A stretch of 64,000 nt of DNA from the NCBI GenBank assembly GCA_016748015.1, contig JAAOMT010000760.1:859237-923236 (forward strand), written 5' to 3'. This DNA comes from Geosiphon pyriformis uo1. Lineage: Eukaryota > Fungi > Glomeromycota. Under the pieces are notes generated by a model, which was not told where the DNA came from, searched no databases, and saw only the letters and a list, made by a program, of their open reading frames with translations. Below are positions 52,878-64,000 of the stretch, one piece after another; the stretch's first letter is position 1; each line of letters begins with the position of its first letter. The translations under genes were made by a program, and so were the position numbers.

Positions 52878-54812
52878 TATTATTTATAAAAAAGAGTACA
52901 AGAGAAATAATAAAAAAAACAGATAAAAAAAATAGACCAAAAAGAGAATAATATTGAACACCTATGCATATTACTAATAAATAATAACACATTACTCAGC
53001 AATATGAGCAATGTTAGTAGATTAAGACACATTGCTTAACAATATAAGCAATATTAGTAGATTAGAGCATATTACTTAGCAATGTAAACATTGTTCAAGA
53101 AATTATAGCACATTGTTCATGAATGTGTAAGATCTTATAAAACATTAATTATGTATATATAGCAAGAGTATTAGAAGCAGAAAAGACAAAATCTATAGCT
53201 AGAACTCACAGCTAAAATATCCAATTAAGAAACACAGTTAAAAGCAATTCAAAATCTATATTATATATTAATAAATTATTAATTACTACTTGAATTCATG
53301 TTATTATTACTTAATTAAAAGAATATTAATCATTTTTATTCTATCTACACTCCATGTTAATAGAATTCAATCCTTAATTACATTGGAACAATAACTCTTG
53401 ATCATAGCTATTAATAAGATACTAATTTCTTCTTTTTCTTTTATTTTCTTTTATTTCTTTATTTTCTTTTATCTCTTTTGTTGTTTGTTGTTTACTAACT
53501 AATTTAAAAGATTAAACACTAAGTAATTGATGTCAAGAATAGCCTGGTAAAAGACCCAAAAATAAGAGTATAAAATTTATAACTTAATAGAGAGCTTATC
53601 AGAAGAGTACAACTGCCAGAATAAACTGGCCACTACACTGTTACCAGTAGAATTTTAGTTATTAATTAGCATAAAATCACTCTCATAATTTCTATTATTA
53701 ATTAGCATATATGATTACTATTTCAATTATTACTTATTATTTAATTAAATTAGCAATTATTATTATTTAATCAATAACCCAATTTGTATCATAAAAATTA
53801 AAATAATTAGATTATACAATACCTTGAACCATTTAACATAGTCAAAATTTGCCGAAATTAATGAAAAATTGGCCGAAATAATCAATAGTTCAGTGAAATA
53901 ACTTGTAGTTTGCCAAAATATAGCTTTAGTTTGTTGAAATTAGAGCAAAGAGAAAAGTGCAAGTTCAAAGACTAGTATTACGACAAGTTGTATAAAAAAA
54001 GAGCTTCTCTCTTCAAGAAAATGTATTTTCTCATATCTTACCATAGTATTTTACTTTAAATATCTTAATTAAAACAAATCATTTTTTACCAAATCAAATA
54101 AAAATTAAATATTCAAAAACCAAAATCCTTAAATTATTATACTTAAAATTTTCTTAACACAACTAATATTTTGAAATTGATTAGCTACCAATTTCAATAA
54201 ACTGTTAGTAATTCCAGACCTGAATAGAAAACGTTTCCCTTGACAAAATTTCATTTCTTTTATATTTCTTTTATATTTCTTTTATTTTCTTATCATAATC
54301 ATTAGAGTAGTCTATAGACAAGATTCCTGTAGAAAAGTTGACTTTCACAGCAAAATAACTACACATTTTAGTGAGCTTCCAGATAAGCAATTCCTAAGAA
54401 AAAGTTGACATTTACTACAATGTAACTACACAAAGTAACTGGCATAAAATTGGCCATTCCACTTATAAGCCCAGCAGTTTAAATTATAGGAGATAATTTA
54501 AAGATAAATTCAGTTATTGAAGGTTTAACTACTTCTAGAAAAACATGAATTTACAACAAACAGATATTAACAACATTCAAGAAAAGAGACCAAAAATCTC
54601 CAGTAACAATGCTAAAGAAAAAAATTTGATAGAATTAATATTTTAAAAGACTACTAAAAACAACTATTAAATCTCTGTTTATTATACAAAAGACTCCAAC
54701 TCAAAACTTTTAAATACAAAAACCTTCAGAGATTACTAATATAATTCAACTATTAAGCACCAAGTTATGAGTTTGTTATTTGTATCAACACTCCAAATAA
54801 TTATTTGTAATA
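52878..54812 (+). repeat. 3' LTR of element B, split by a solo LTR
   Basis: 52878-53638 and 54609-54812 together reconstitute 33861-34808. Confidence 0.9.
53639..54608 (+). mobile_element. Solo LTR of family A (970 bp)
   Basis: TGTTACC...AGTAACA; reverse complement of the element-A LTRs; flanks ACAC / ATGC. Confidence 0.93.
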
Positions 54813-56220
54813 ATAAGCAACAAATATTGAGTGTTTAATATAGATAACAACCAATCAGCTTTTATCTGAATTTAATAATGTCTTATAAAAAGAACAGCCA
54901 AAAGAATAATTCTCATCTATAGAACAGTTTAAAGATATATGACCCAAATTCCTACACTTTGCAAATCTAACAGATTCTAGATAAAACCAGTATAAATTAG
55001 TGCTTCTTAGCACTGATATAATTATTATAGCAGTATTCAATAATTAACAGAGTTAAAGCAAACAATTATATATCTGGTCCAAATATATATAACCAAATAA
55101 TATTTAATAATACATGTTTTCTCACCTACTAAAATAATGTAATTTCAAATATTATATATATTGGTATTTATTAACAGAGTATACAGCAGTATTTTATTAC
55201 AATCTCTTGTATTTCAAGATTTCTTATTTTTATTAGTTTTAACAATACACACAACATTTTTTTTAATTAAAACAGACTATTTAATCACAACCAAATCAGT
55301 ATGCTCTAATTGCTTAAATTTTATTACAGTCTTTTGCTATAGTCTTACCAATTGCATATTAATTAACTTAATTATTTTAAACTTGGACAGCACAGTATGT
55401 ACAGCCTTAGTTGACATTCTAATTGGAAGTTTTTTCACAATTACAGCCTAATTTGAATGCCTAACAGATTTTTTGAAATTAGTGTTTACCAAAATTTTTA
55501 CATTCTTAGTCTTTTCAGTAATCTGCATTAAATTTGATTTGGAAATAAAAGTTGTTCTAATGATCTTAGCAAATTTTGAAAGAATAAATGTCTCTCCAAA
55601 ACCATTGACTTTTGAAAATAACTTTTTAACCACATTATTTAGACTAATATCCAAGACATATAACTTTCTAACAAATATATTGATTAGATTCTTAAGTGGC
55701 AAAGAAAAAACCATAGAAGCATCTAAAAAAATATTATCATTATTATTATTTAAGATGTCAATTTTTTTCAAAAGTGTACTCAAAGCTTTTTTGGTTATCA
55801 ATTTTAGTTTTTTCAGTATCTAGCTGAAGTTTTTTCTATTAAACACACTTCTTTCAGCATAATTCAAACTGGTTTTCTCTATCAGAAACTTATTTTCTAT
55901 ATTAATACTATCAGATTTTATTGTATTATTAACTTTAAAGCTCCAAAAACTTCTAATCATTTTCTTAGTAAAAACTAGTTCTTGAACAGTATTATCTTTC
56001 AAAGCACTTTTTTTTTTCTAAAAACAACATCTTTGCTATTAGTGCTAAAACCAAAATTTTTAATAGATTTCTTTATAATAGCAATACTACAGCCAACAAT
56101 AATCTTGTAATCAAGCAAAAACAGTTTGAATTTATCATATTAAATAGTAAAAAACTTTTTTCAGAAAACTTTTTGACTCTTTTTTGAAAATTTGAAATAA
56201 AAAAAATAAAGAAGTTTTTT
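54813..56220 (-). mobile_element. LINE-b, 5' part (5' UTR + most of ORF1)
   Basis: ORF1 ends ...IYIKHSIFVAY at the LTR and continues at ~33860 (IA...SVNFNSSLEIK..NDRFATLEHSL); FAKCRNLGHISLNC knuckle. Confidence 0.85.
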
Positions 56221-57093
56221 AATAGTAATAATGTTTATTAAAAAAAAAATAATTAAAAAAGTTTATTTTTATTAAAAATTAAATTAAAAAATATTATTAA
56301 GATAAGATTAAAATTTATATTTATTTTAAAGATAAAAATAATAATATAAAAATAAATTAAATTAAAATTAAAATTAAAATTAAAAATAGAATATTTAAAT
56401 ATTATTAAATATAAAAGCTAATTAATTTTATTATTTTATTTTTAAAAAAAGTTTTTAAATAAATTTGATTAAAAAAAATATAAATTTATTTAAAAACAAG
56501 TTTCAAAAGTTTTAAAATTATTTATTAATTTTTAATAAAAAAACAAATTAAATAAAAAGACAAAAATTAAGTTTAATAAAGTTTATATTATTTTTGTTTT
56601 TTAAATTATATTTTTTTGATTATTGTAGTAAATATAAATAATTATTTATACAATTAAAAAAAATTAATTTTACAACTTTATAAAAAAAATTATTTTTATA
56701 TTATAAATTTAAGTAAATAAATAACAAAAAAATTATTAAAAATAATAAAATTTATATTTGTAAAAATATTATTTTTAAAATTTTACTTATAAAAATTGAT
56801 TTTAATAAATTTATTAAATTTATTAGTGTTTAATAATTTAAATTATTTTTTATTAAAAATAGTTAAAATTATTATTTTGTTGTTTAAAAATTTACAAAAC
56901 TATAATATGTCTTTTAAATAATAAAAATAATAAAATAATAATAAAAAATAAAAATAAATAATAAATAATTTTGTAAAATATATTTAATATTAATGTAAAA
57001 GTTATTGAACTTAAATATATAAATATGTTTAAAATAAAAAATTAAATAAGTATTTAAATAAAAAATTATTAAATACTTAAATAAAATAAAAAC
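56221..57093. other. Extreme A/T low-complexity spacer
   Basis: Almost no G or C; (AAAATT)n and (AATA)n runs. Confidence 0.8.
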
Positions 57094-57231
57094 AAATAGT
57101 TTTTTTTTTTATTAGTTTAACAAGTAAATTCAAATACTATCTAGCATTATATATCATATAAGTAATCTAAACAAAGTATAAATTATGTATTTTCTACATA
57201 TAACCAGTCACTAAGACCAATTAGAATAATA

Positions 57232-60200
57232 CTAAACATCTATATGAACTGAGATAGTGTTTTCAATTCCTAAAAAAAATAAACAAGACTTGTATAAACC
57301 AAAATAAATACCAAAAGTCTTAGTAATACTAAGCAGTCTAACTATACTAATAAAAAACACCAAAAACAACCCAAAAATAAGAGTGAAAATTAAATTATTA
57401 TGTGGAATTAGCCCATTATTTTTTAAAAAGGCATAATGCTTGGCACAAACCAACCAAATCTCATTCCTAAAACAAAAATCATGCACAAAGTTTACAATTT
57501 TACAATCTGTGATCTTGAAATTACTAAAGACAACAGCAGCTTTCTGGTATTAATTATTAAAAACAAAGTCTTTGAAAAGAGTCATATAAACTGTAATATC
57601 AGAAAAACAGAAAAACAACAGTTGAAATATGCATTAAAAGGAGTAAAAAACACCAGAAAGTATTCTTTAAAAATCTGTATGGATATTCAACAAATAACAG
57701 TAAATAGAAACATGGTCCAAAACCTTAACATTCTTACAATATAAACACAACACACTAGAATAATATCTGTTATATAGGTGCTTCTAAACTGCAATAGAGA
57801 GCTGATAATAAAAGGCTTTCATGAAATAAATATAAGCTTTAGCAGTAGACTTACTAGTAAAACCAGTAGCCATATACAAGTCGGAATGTCATACCAAAGA
57901 TAAAGTATGCTAATCAATGTCTGAATGCAAACTACAATTCAAGAATCTAGAGCCAGAGCCAGAGCCAATCTTTTAGTATATATAATAAACAGATCAAAAG
58001 ATATTATAAACAAAATGTCTAAAATTACTTAAAACAGCACAATTTTCAGCCACTAAAGAACATTCTTCCAAATAGAGAAGAAGATTCCAATTAGAAAAAG
58101 ATGTGGTATTAACAAGTGCATCAGCATGTTCATTATTCAGAACATCTGAGTAATCTTTGATTTTAAGCCAGTTAATTCTCAAATTCTTACTACAAATAAC
58201 TTTCCTAATGTGTTAGTATTTAATTCAATACTAATTCCAAAAATCTAAACACACTAAACTTAATTCTGATTTGCATATATTCAGAGCTATCTAACTCTTC
58301 ATGTACAAATAAACCAAGTTGAGTGAGAAAACACATTTGAGAGCCAATATCATAGCCTGCAATTTCACCAAAGTTAAAGACATCAAACCAAAAATTCTGA
58401 TACTTAAATTTAAGCCAATATCCTCAAAAAAAGCTGCAGTCTCAACATTTATGTTGACTGTTCTCAAGTTTTTTAAAGAACTATCTATATAGATAAACAA
58501 GCTATCAATATTAACATCTAACAAATAATCATAAATTAATCTGAAATCATGAGACTTTAAAATATTTGTAAGTTCCACATCACTCACAAAGAAGAAACAG
58601 ATAGAATGAGAAGCCACACCATTAAAAAAGTTAACAAATATCTTAAACCAATTAGAGATAAGACCATGAAAGTCCAATTTTTTTTACTATTTAAAGGTTT
58701 TCTAATTAAGAACTGTATTATTTCAACAATAAAATTGGTTCACAAAAACAATACCATATTACCAAAGTAAAGGGAAAAACTTAAAAAATTTAGACTCATT
58801 CAGAATAGTAGACATGGGAGTTTCATTCTGAAAATAAAAAAAGTTGCCTATAGGATTATCTGATAAATTGTACACAACAAAAATACAAACCACACTAGCC
58901 AAAAAATTATTAGAAAGACTGATCTTAAAATGAGCTGAAAAGCTTAAAAGATGGCATGCACTTCAGCATTAAATCTGCAAGTCATGAGATTTATATGCAA
59001 ACAAATAATCCAATATTCCATTCAAGTTTACAAAGTTTACAAAAAATGCCAATTTGCTTTCAGTTTAAATCTGTTCAAAAGTTTTTAAGCCATAGAAAGA
59101 AGGGTAGTAGAGTATATTATTAGGGAAATTGAGAGGCAAACTGGATTTTAACTTTAAGTCTTTACAAATTATTGTATTCCATTTATTACAAACATTAACA
59201 AAAATAGAGCTGAATTGCATCCTGTAATAAACAATAAGTTGAAAAACTGCCAATACCAAATAAGAAAACTGTTTAGCTAAGATGGCTTTTCTCAGAACAA
59301 GATTGGCAAAAAATTGTATATTTAAATATATCTTAGCCATACTAAGCTTTAATAAGCTCTCAGTGGATAAAAAAATACCCAGATAACAATAAGATTTTCC
59401 TCTCTTAGCAATAAAAATAAGTGTGTCACTAATTGATAAAAAAAGAACCACCAATTTGCAATTGATAGGAATAGTCATTATTTTGTCATTATTAATAGAA
59501 ATATCATTGATCCGAAAAAATTTATTAGCAATATTGAGGATGTGTTGTGTAATATTTTAACTAAAACCAATCCAGATCATGTTATCAATAAAAGCATTAG
59601 CAGTAAGAAAAGAGAACAGCTCAGCATTTGATTCTGCACGACTAGATCTGACTACAAATAAGAATTCAGTTTATACTCACATGTATTTTTTTGTTTCTTG
59701 ACTTCACATAGAAAAGGATTGTAAAATATGTACCAAAGAAGAGATAAAAACACTTTTTCTTAATCCAAACTATCATGCACACAATATTCTTTTGTCAACC
59801 CAAAATTTATTATAATTCTATTAACACAATTATTGTAGATACTGCTGAAAAACCAAATGAATCTGCCACATATTTTTATCTTGACCAGATTTCTTCTAAA
59901 ATGCTTTCAATTAACAGAATCATAAGTCTTTTGCATGTTTTGTAGAACAAGCCATAATTCACAATTTTTTTCTAAAGCATCTTTGATTGCCAAACCAATG
60001 GCAAAAATAAAAAATTGCATTATTATATCTTTTAAAACTGAAAAATTGATTCCACAAAGAATATTAAAAGAGTTGTAAGCAGAAAAGATCCTGTCAAAAA
60101 AAATTTTGGAGAGAATTTTATAAGCAGTCTTAATTAAAGTAATAAAACAGGTATTTGTGAGAACTTTTTCCCACTTGTAAGATTTGGAAATTATTGAGAC

Positions 60201-61879
60201 CCAATTCTTCTTCCAAAAATTGAATACTAATTCACAAAACAAACAAGAGTTCAAAAGCACCAAAAGCCTATTCAAAATCGAATTGTCACAATGCTTTAAA
60301 AGTTTGTTGAATATACCAAAAAAACCAGTAGCTTTATCATTAAACAGATTAGAAACAATACTAAAAAGTTTATTGAAAGTAATCAAACACATCACATCTG
60401 AAAAAACATCATCAAAAACATAATCCAACAGCTAATATTAATAGAACCAATTCATTAAAATATTAGCAATCACTCTATGCTTCCTAATTTAGCCCTCCAT
60501 AATTTTATCCACTTTGGTCTTAATCAGATCAGATTTCAAAATCAGTTTGTCATTAACAACCAGATAGTCCAATACAACTTTACAAAATGGCCACTTCAAA
60601 ATGCTTCTAATGGTGTGACTCTTGTCTACTTTAAAACTCTCTATTCTCTTATTAATCACCAATTTAATCTAGGTTTTCTTAACATGTTTTAATTCTAACA
60701 TTTTAGAAGAGTAGTACAATTTCTTAATCTTAGCCAGAATCAATCTAATGATGTTAAAATAAGACTTTATAAAGAACAAAGATTTCACCACAGAGGTATT
60801 AATAGTATTAAGACTGCTTTATGTATCTAGTAGCAATAAAAACACATTACAAAAGGCCAAATAAAAAGCTTTAACCAGTTTAGATATCAAAAGTTCCAAT
60901 TGGTAAAAGTGAGAAAATTTTTTTGTAAAAACATTATCATAATTCTTAAATCAAAACTTCGAAAAAACTTTAATGACTGAAAAACAAACAATCTTATGAA
61001 TGACATTCCACATGCTATCCAAGTCAGAAAAATAGAGATAATTAAAAAACTTGTCAGTAAACATGGCCATATTATTGCAGATTGAATTTTTGAATCATTT
61101 CTACTTAATATTATCTGCATTTTTAAAATTATAATTCCACCTATTCCTATTGGCTTAAATGCAAACAGCTCTTAAATTTGGATCCAAAATGCCTTCAAGA
61201 CCAATTGAAACTTAAACAAAACTGTAATTGGTATTGAAAAATTCATTTACACTTACAACTAATTTGTTTAATTTTGCAAAATAAAAATGTAATTAATAGT
61301 CTTTTCTATATTCCTAGAATTTTTCCACATAGGAGTCTTGATATATAAGCTTCTAATTATAGAGTTAATTAAACCTAAATTTACATACTTCTTGAAGCTG
61401 ATACTCCTTTTTGAACTATTTTTGTTGAAATTACCCTTTAATATAACAAAAGTACTCTTGTTACAAGCTTGAACAATAAAAAAGTTGACACAATTAGCCA
61501 AAAATAGATGCTTGTTAAGAGAAGCTTTAGCATATAAACCCAATACAGAAACAGATTGTTTATTTTTAAACAATAATTGGATTAATAACAGTCTACTCAG
61601 AATTTCAAACATCTTTAAGACATGTTTTACCAAATAAACACTCATAATTACAGCAATGTTAGCTTTCAAAAATCCAGAATTTAAACCAGAAGTAAATATC
61701 TTGACACCAGAAAATCTATCTGCAATTTAGAGTCTAATATTAGAGCAAAGCTTAGTTTTAGTAACAATTAAAATATTATTCTTAGAATCTAAATGTCAAC
61801 AGATAATATCTTTTTGCTTTGCAAAATTGTTTATCTCTCTAATATTACATGTGCCAATTTTTTACACTAAACTACTTAT
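57232..61879 (-). pseudogene. LINE-c ORF2: endonuclease, reverse transcriptase, RNase H
   Basis: V*KIGTCNIR; ILKGNFN; TINYIF; LWLVLQNMQKTYDSV; AFIDNMIWIG; YLGIFLS; IYIDSSL..LVKLQAMILAL; WLKIKDYSDVLNNEHADAL. Confidence 0.88.
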
Positions 61880-63716
61880 TGAGAAGGAGGTTGAGGAAGT
61901 GTACCACTAGCCAAAACCAAACCATCAAAATGAGCTAATAGACATAACACTAAGGCAGAGAGAGTCTCCAATATATTTTTTAATTTAAATATATCAGGAA
62001 AGGCAGACAAGCCCAAAACCATAGCAGTCTTATTATCAGTGGCTTCACTTGAGTCTTTTCTTATTACTATATTGCCCATCTAATTTTGTAATAAGAAAAT
62101 AACCAGCAGTTGACATTCAGGACTAGACTGAAAAACTGTTGGCATGAGTAACTTCAATCTCTTAGCCAACTCACTAATTTATTCTACAAGACTGATAAGA
62201 CTGCTTTCAATATTAATCAAACATAGTTTCAATTCATTAACAACCAGCAGGGTAGATTTTATCTCTGAAAAAAAACCAGAGTCAGCCAAACCAACATGTG
62301 TAGAAAGTGAAAAAAAAGAAGGTCTATTAACAATTTTTGTCTAAAAAACACCACCAAAAAAAACAAAATGAGCAATTAGTGCTAAATGTTTGGCATAGAT
62401 AGATGCCAGTCTGTTTTTATTTTTATTTGACAGCACCTTTTAATAAAAAATGCCAAAAGAATTTTTTCTACTTGAAACACAATCTAATAATATATGGCCC
62501 AATTTTCTATACTTGGCACATTTAACAGAGCTTAAATAAGACCAACATAGATTGGTATTTCTAAATACTGGTATAGTTCCTATAATAGCATCTAAAAAAG
62601 CTGCAAAGTTAAAATAAACAACTGTACACTTAATCCAAGCATAGATAACTGGATAATGGTCGATGACATAAGTTTTCTCATCTACTAAGCTAATATTATC
62701 TTAAATATTATGTGCATTGGTCTCTATTGGCAAAGTATAGAGCAATGCTCTATAATTATCTCTTTTATTCCATGATTTTTTGTCTTTATTAGACCTAACA
62801 ACATATATAGCATTTTTTTGATTAAGATAAACCACTTTGCTGTGATCAAATTAGTCTAATCTAACTGGTTAAACTCTACTACAGTCTTTTGTCACATTTT
62901 CACTAGCTGTATTTTGATCAACTTAACAATACCAAATTCAGAAATAACAGCATGCACAGTTTCAATAGATGTTTTAACTAGAATTTCTTTCAACACCATA
63001 GCCTGATCTAAGCACTTACTAAATTTCTTGAAATTGGTGTTTAATCATAATTTTCATATTCTTTGCGTTATCAATAGTCTGCATCAAGCTCAATTTAGAA
63101 GTAAATATTATTCTGATAATGTCAACAAATTTTGAGGAGATAAAAACTCTCCCAAAACTATTGATCTTTGAAAACAATTTTTTAATCACAACAAGCTTCT
63201 TTTGAAATGATTTTTCAGTTATCTTATCTAAATTTATATTCAAAGCAAATAATTTTTTGATAGAAATATTAACCAAATTTTTCAAAGAAAAGGAAAAAAA
63301 AAACAGAACATTTAACAAACATTATTATTACTGTCATTATTCAAAAAATTAATTTTATTCAATGGCTTCTTCAAATCTTTTTTGGTCTTAACATATTAAC
63401 TTTTTGGCATTTGGTCAGTGTCTTTCTTATTAAAAACAGTTCTATTACTATAGTTAAAACTGATTTCCTTAATTAAACACTCTTTTTTTATGTCTATACT
63501 ATTTAATTCTGTAGTATTTTTAGCTTTTGAAACCCAGAAATAACCAATTGGCCCTTTAGAAAAAACCTTTTTATTTTTAATATCATCTTTCAAAATCTTA
63601 TTTCTTCTTTTCTTTCTTAATAATACAGGCTTGATATTCATAATATAACCAAAATCCTTAGCAAACTTCTTTAAGATGGCAATATTAAAGCCAACAGTAG
63701 TCTTGTAGTCAAGCAA
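61876..63716 (-). pseudogene. LINE-c ORF1
   Basis: Homologous to the other ORF1s (RALLYTLPIETNAH; KCAKYRKLGHILLDC). Confidence 0.85.
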
Positions 63717-64000
63717 AAATGATTTGGATTTATTATATTGAATGGTAAAAAACTTCTTTCAAAAAAATTTTTTGTTTTTTTTTTGGAAATTTGGGATAAA
63801 GAAAAGAAAAATGTTTTTTTAAATAGTTTTATTAATTTATATAGCTTAATATAAGTTTAAATTATTAGTTATATATAAAATGTGTAAGTAATATTTTTGT
63901 TACATATTTTAAGTTTTAATTAAATTATATTTAATTAATACATAAAAAATAACATTATTAAATTTGTTTTATTTATAAATTAAATATATAAAATTTTATT

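Larger units (their letters stand above)
33861..54812 (+). mobile_element. Ty3/Gypsy-type LTR retrotransposon B (dUTPase, ORF3), inserted in LINE-b ORF1 and itself carrying two insertions
   Basis: LTRs 33861-34808 and 52878-54812 (split); PBS TGGTGTTTC at 34811; PPT 52862-52874; gag-pol 34873-41494 and 51464-52170. Confidence 0.92.
57104..63820 (-). mobile_element. Full-length LINE-c (~6.7 kb): ORF1 + ORF2 (APE-RT-RNase H), poly(A), 10-bp TSD
   Basis: AAATAGTTTT at 57094-57103 and 63821-63830; poly(T) on the plus strand at ~57100-57110; two-ORF structure. Confidence 0.92.

Noticed and set aside
9038-63716. Alternative genetic code or Mollicutes-like endosymbiont origin explaining the in-frame stops
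   Set aside because: TAA, TAG and TGA all occur, at different sites in different copies, alongside frameshifts and dead catalytic motifs; the content is eukaryotic retroelements

Overview
Very AT-rich, CpG-depleted eukaryotic heterochromatin-like window with no intact protein-coding gene. The elements resemble repeats I recall from Glomeromycotina (Geosiphon-like); this assignment is inference. About 80% of the window is nested, decayed retroelements. (1) Three full-length Ty3/Gypsy-type LTR elements (A 11539-21412 minus; B ~33861-54812 plus; C 41495-51463 minus, inside B's integrase) plus a family-A solo LTR inside B's 3' LTR. All three share Gag(CCHC)-protease-Cys-rich insert-dUTPase-RT-RNase H-integrase(GPY/F, no chromodomain), followed by a conserved ~210-codon accessory ORF3 running into the PPT; target-site duplications are 4 bp. 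(2) Three LINEs: two show ORF1 + APE-RT-RNase H, and LINE-a is cut within its endonuclease. LINE-b is split by the 21-kb LTR nest. (3) Two tandem ORF1-only, HAL1-like non-autonomous elements that share the LINE 3' tail and 5' start. (4) A decayed Crinkler-type NTPase + restriction-endonuclease-fold pseudogene. Everything is riddled with C>T/G>A transitions. The best candidates for undescribed biology are the ORF3 + Cys-rich + dUTPase Gypsy lineage and the ORF1-only LINE parasites.
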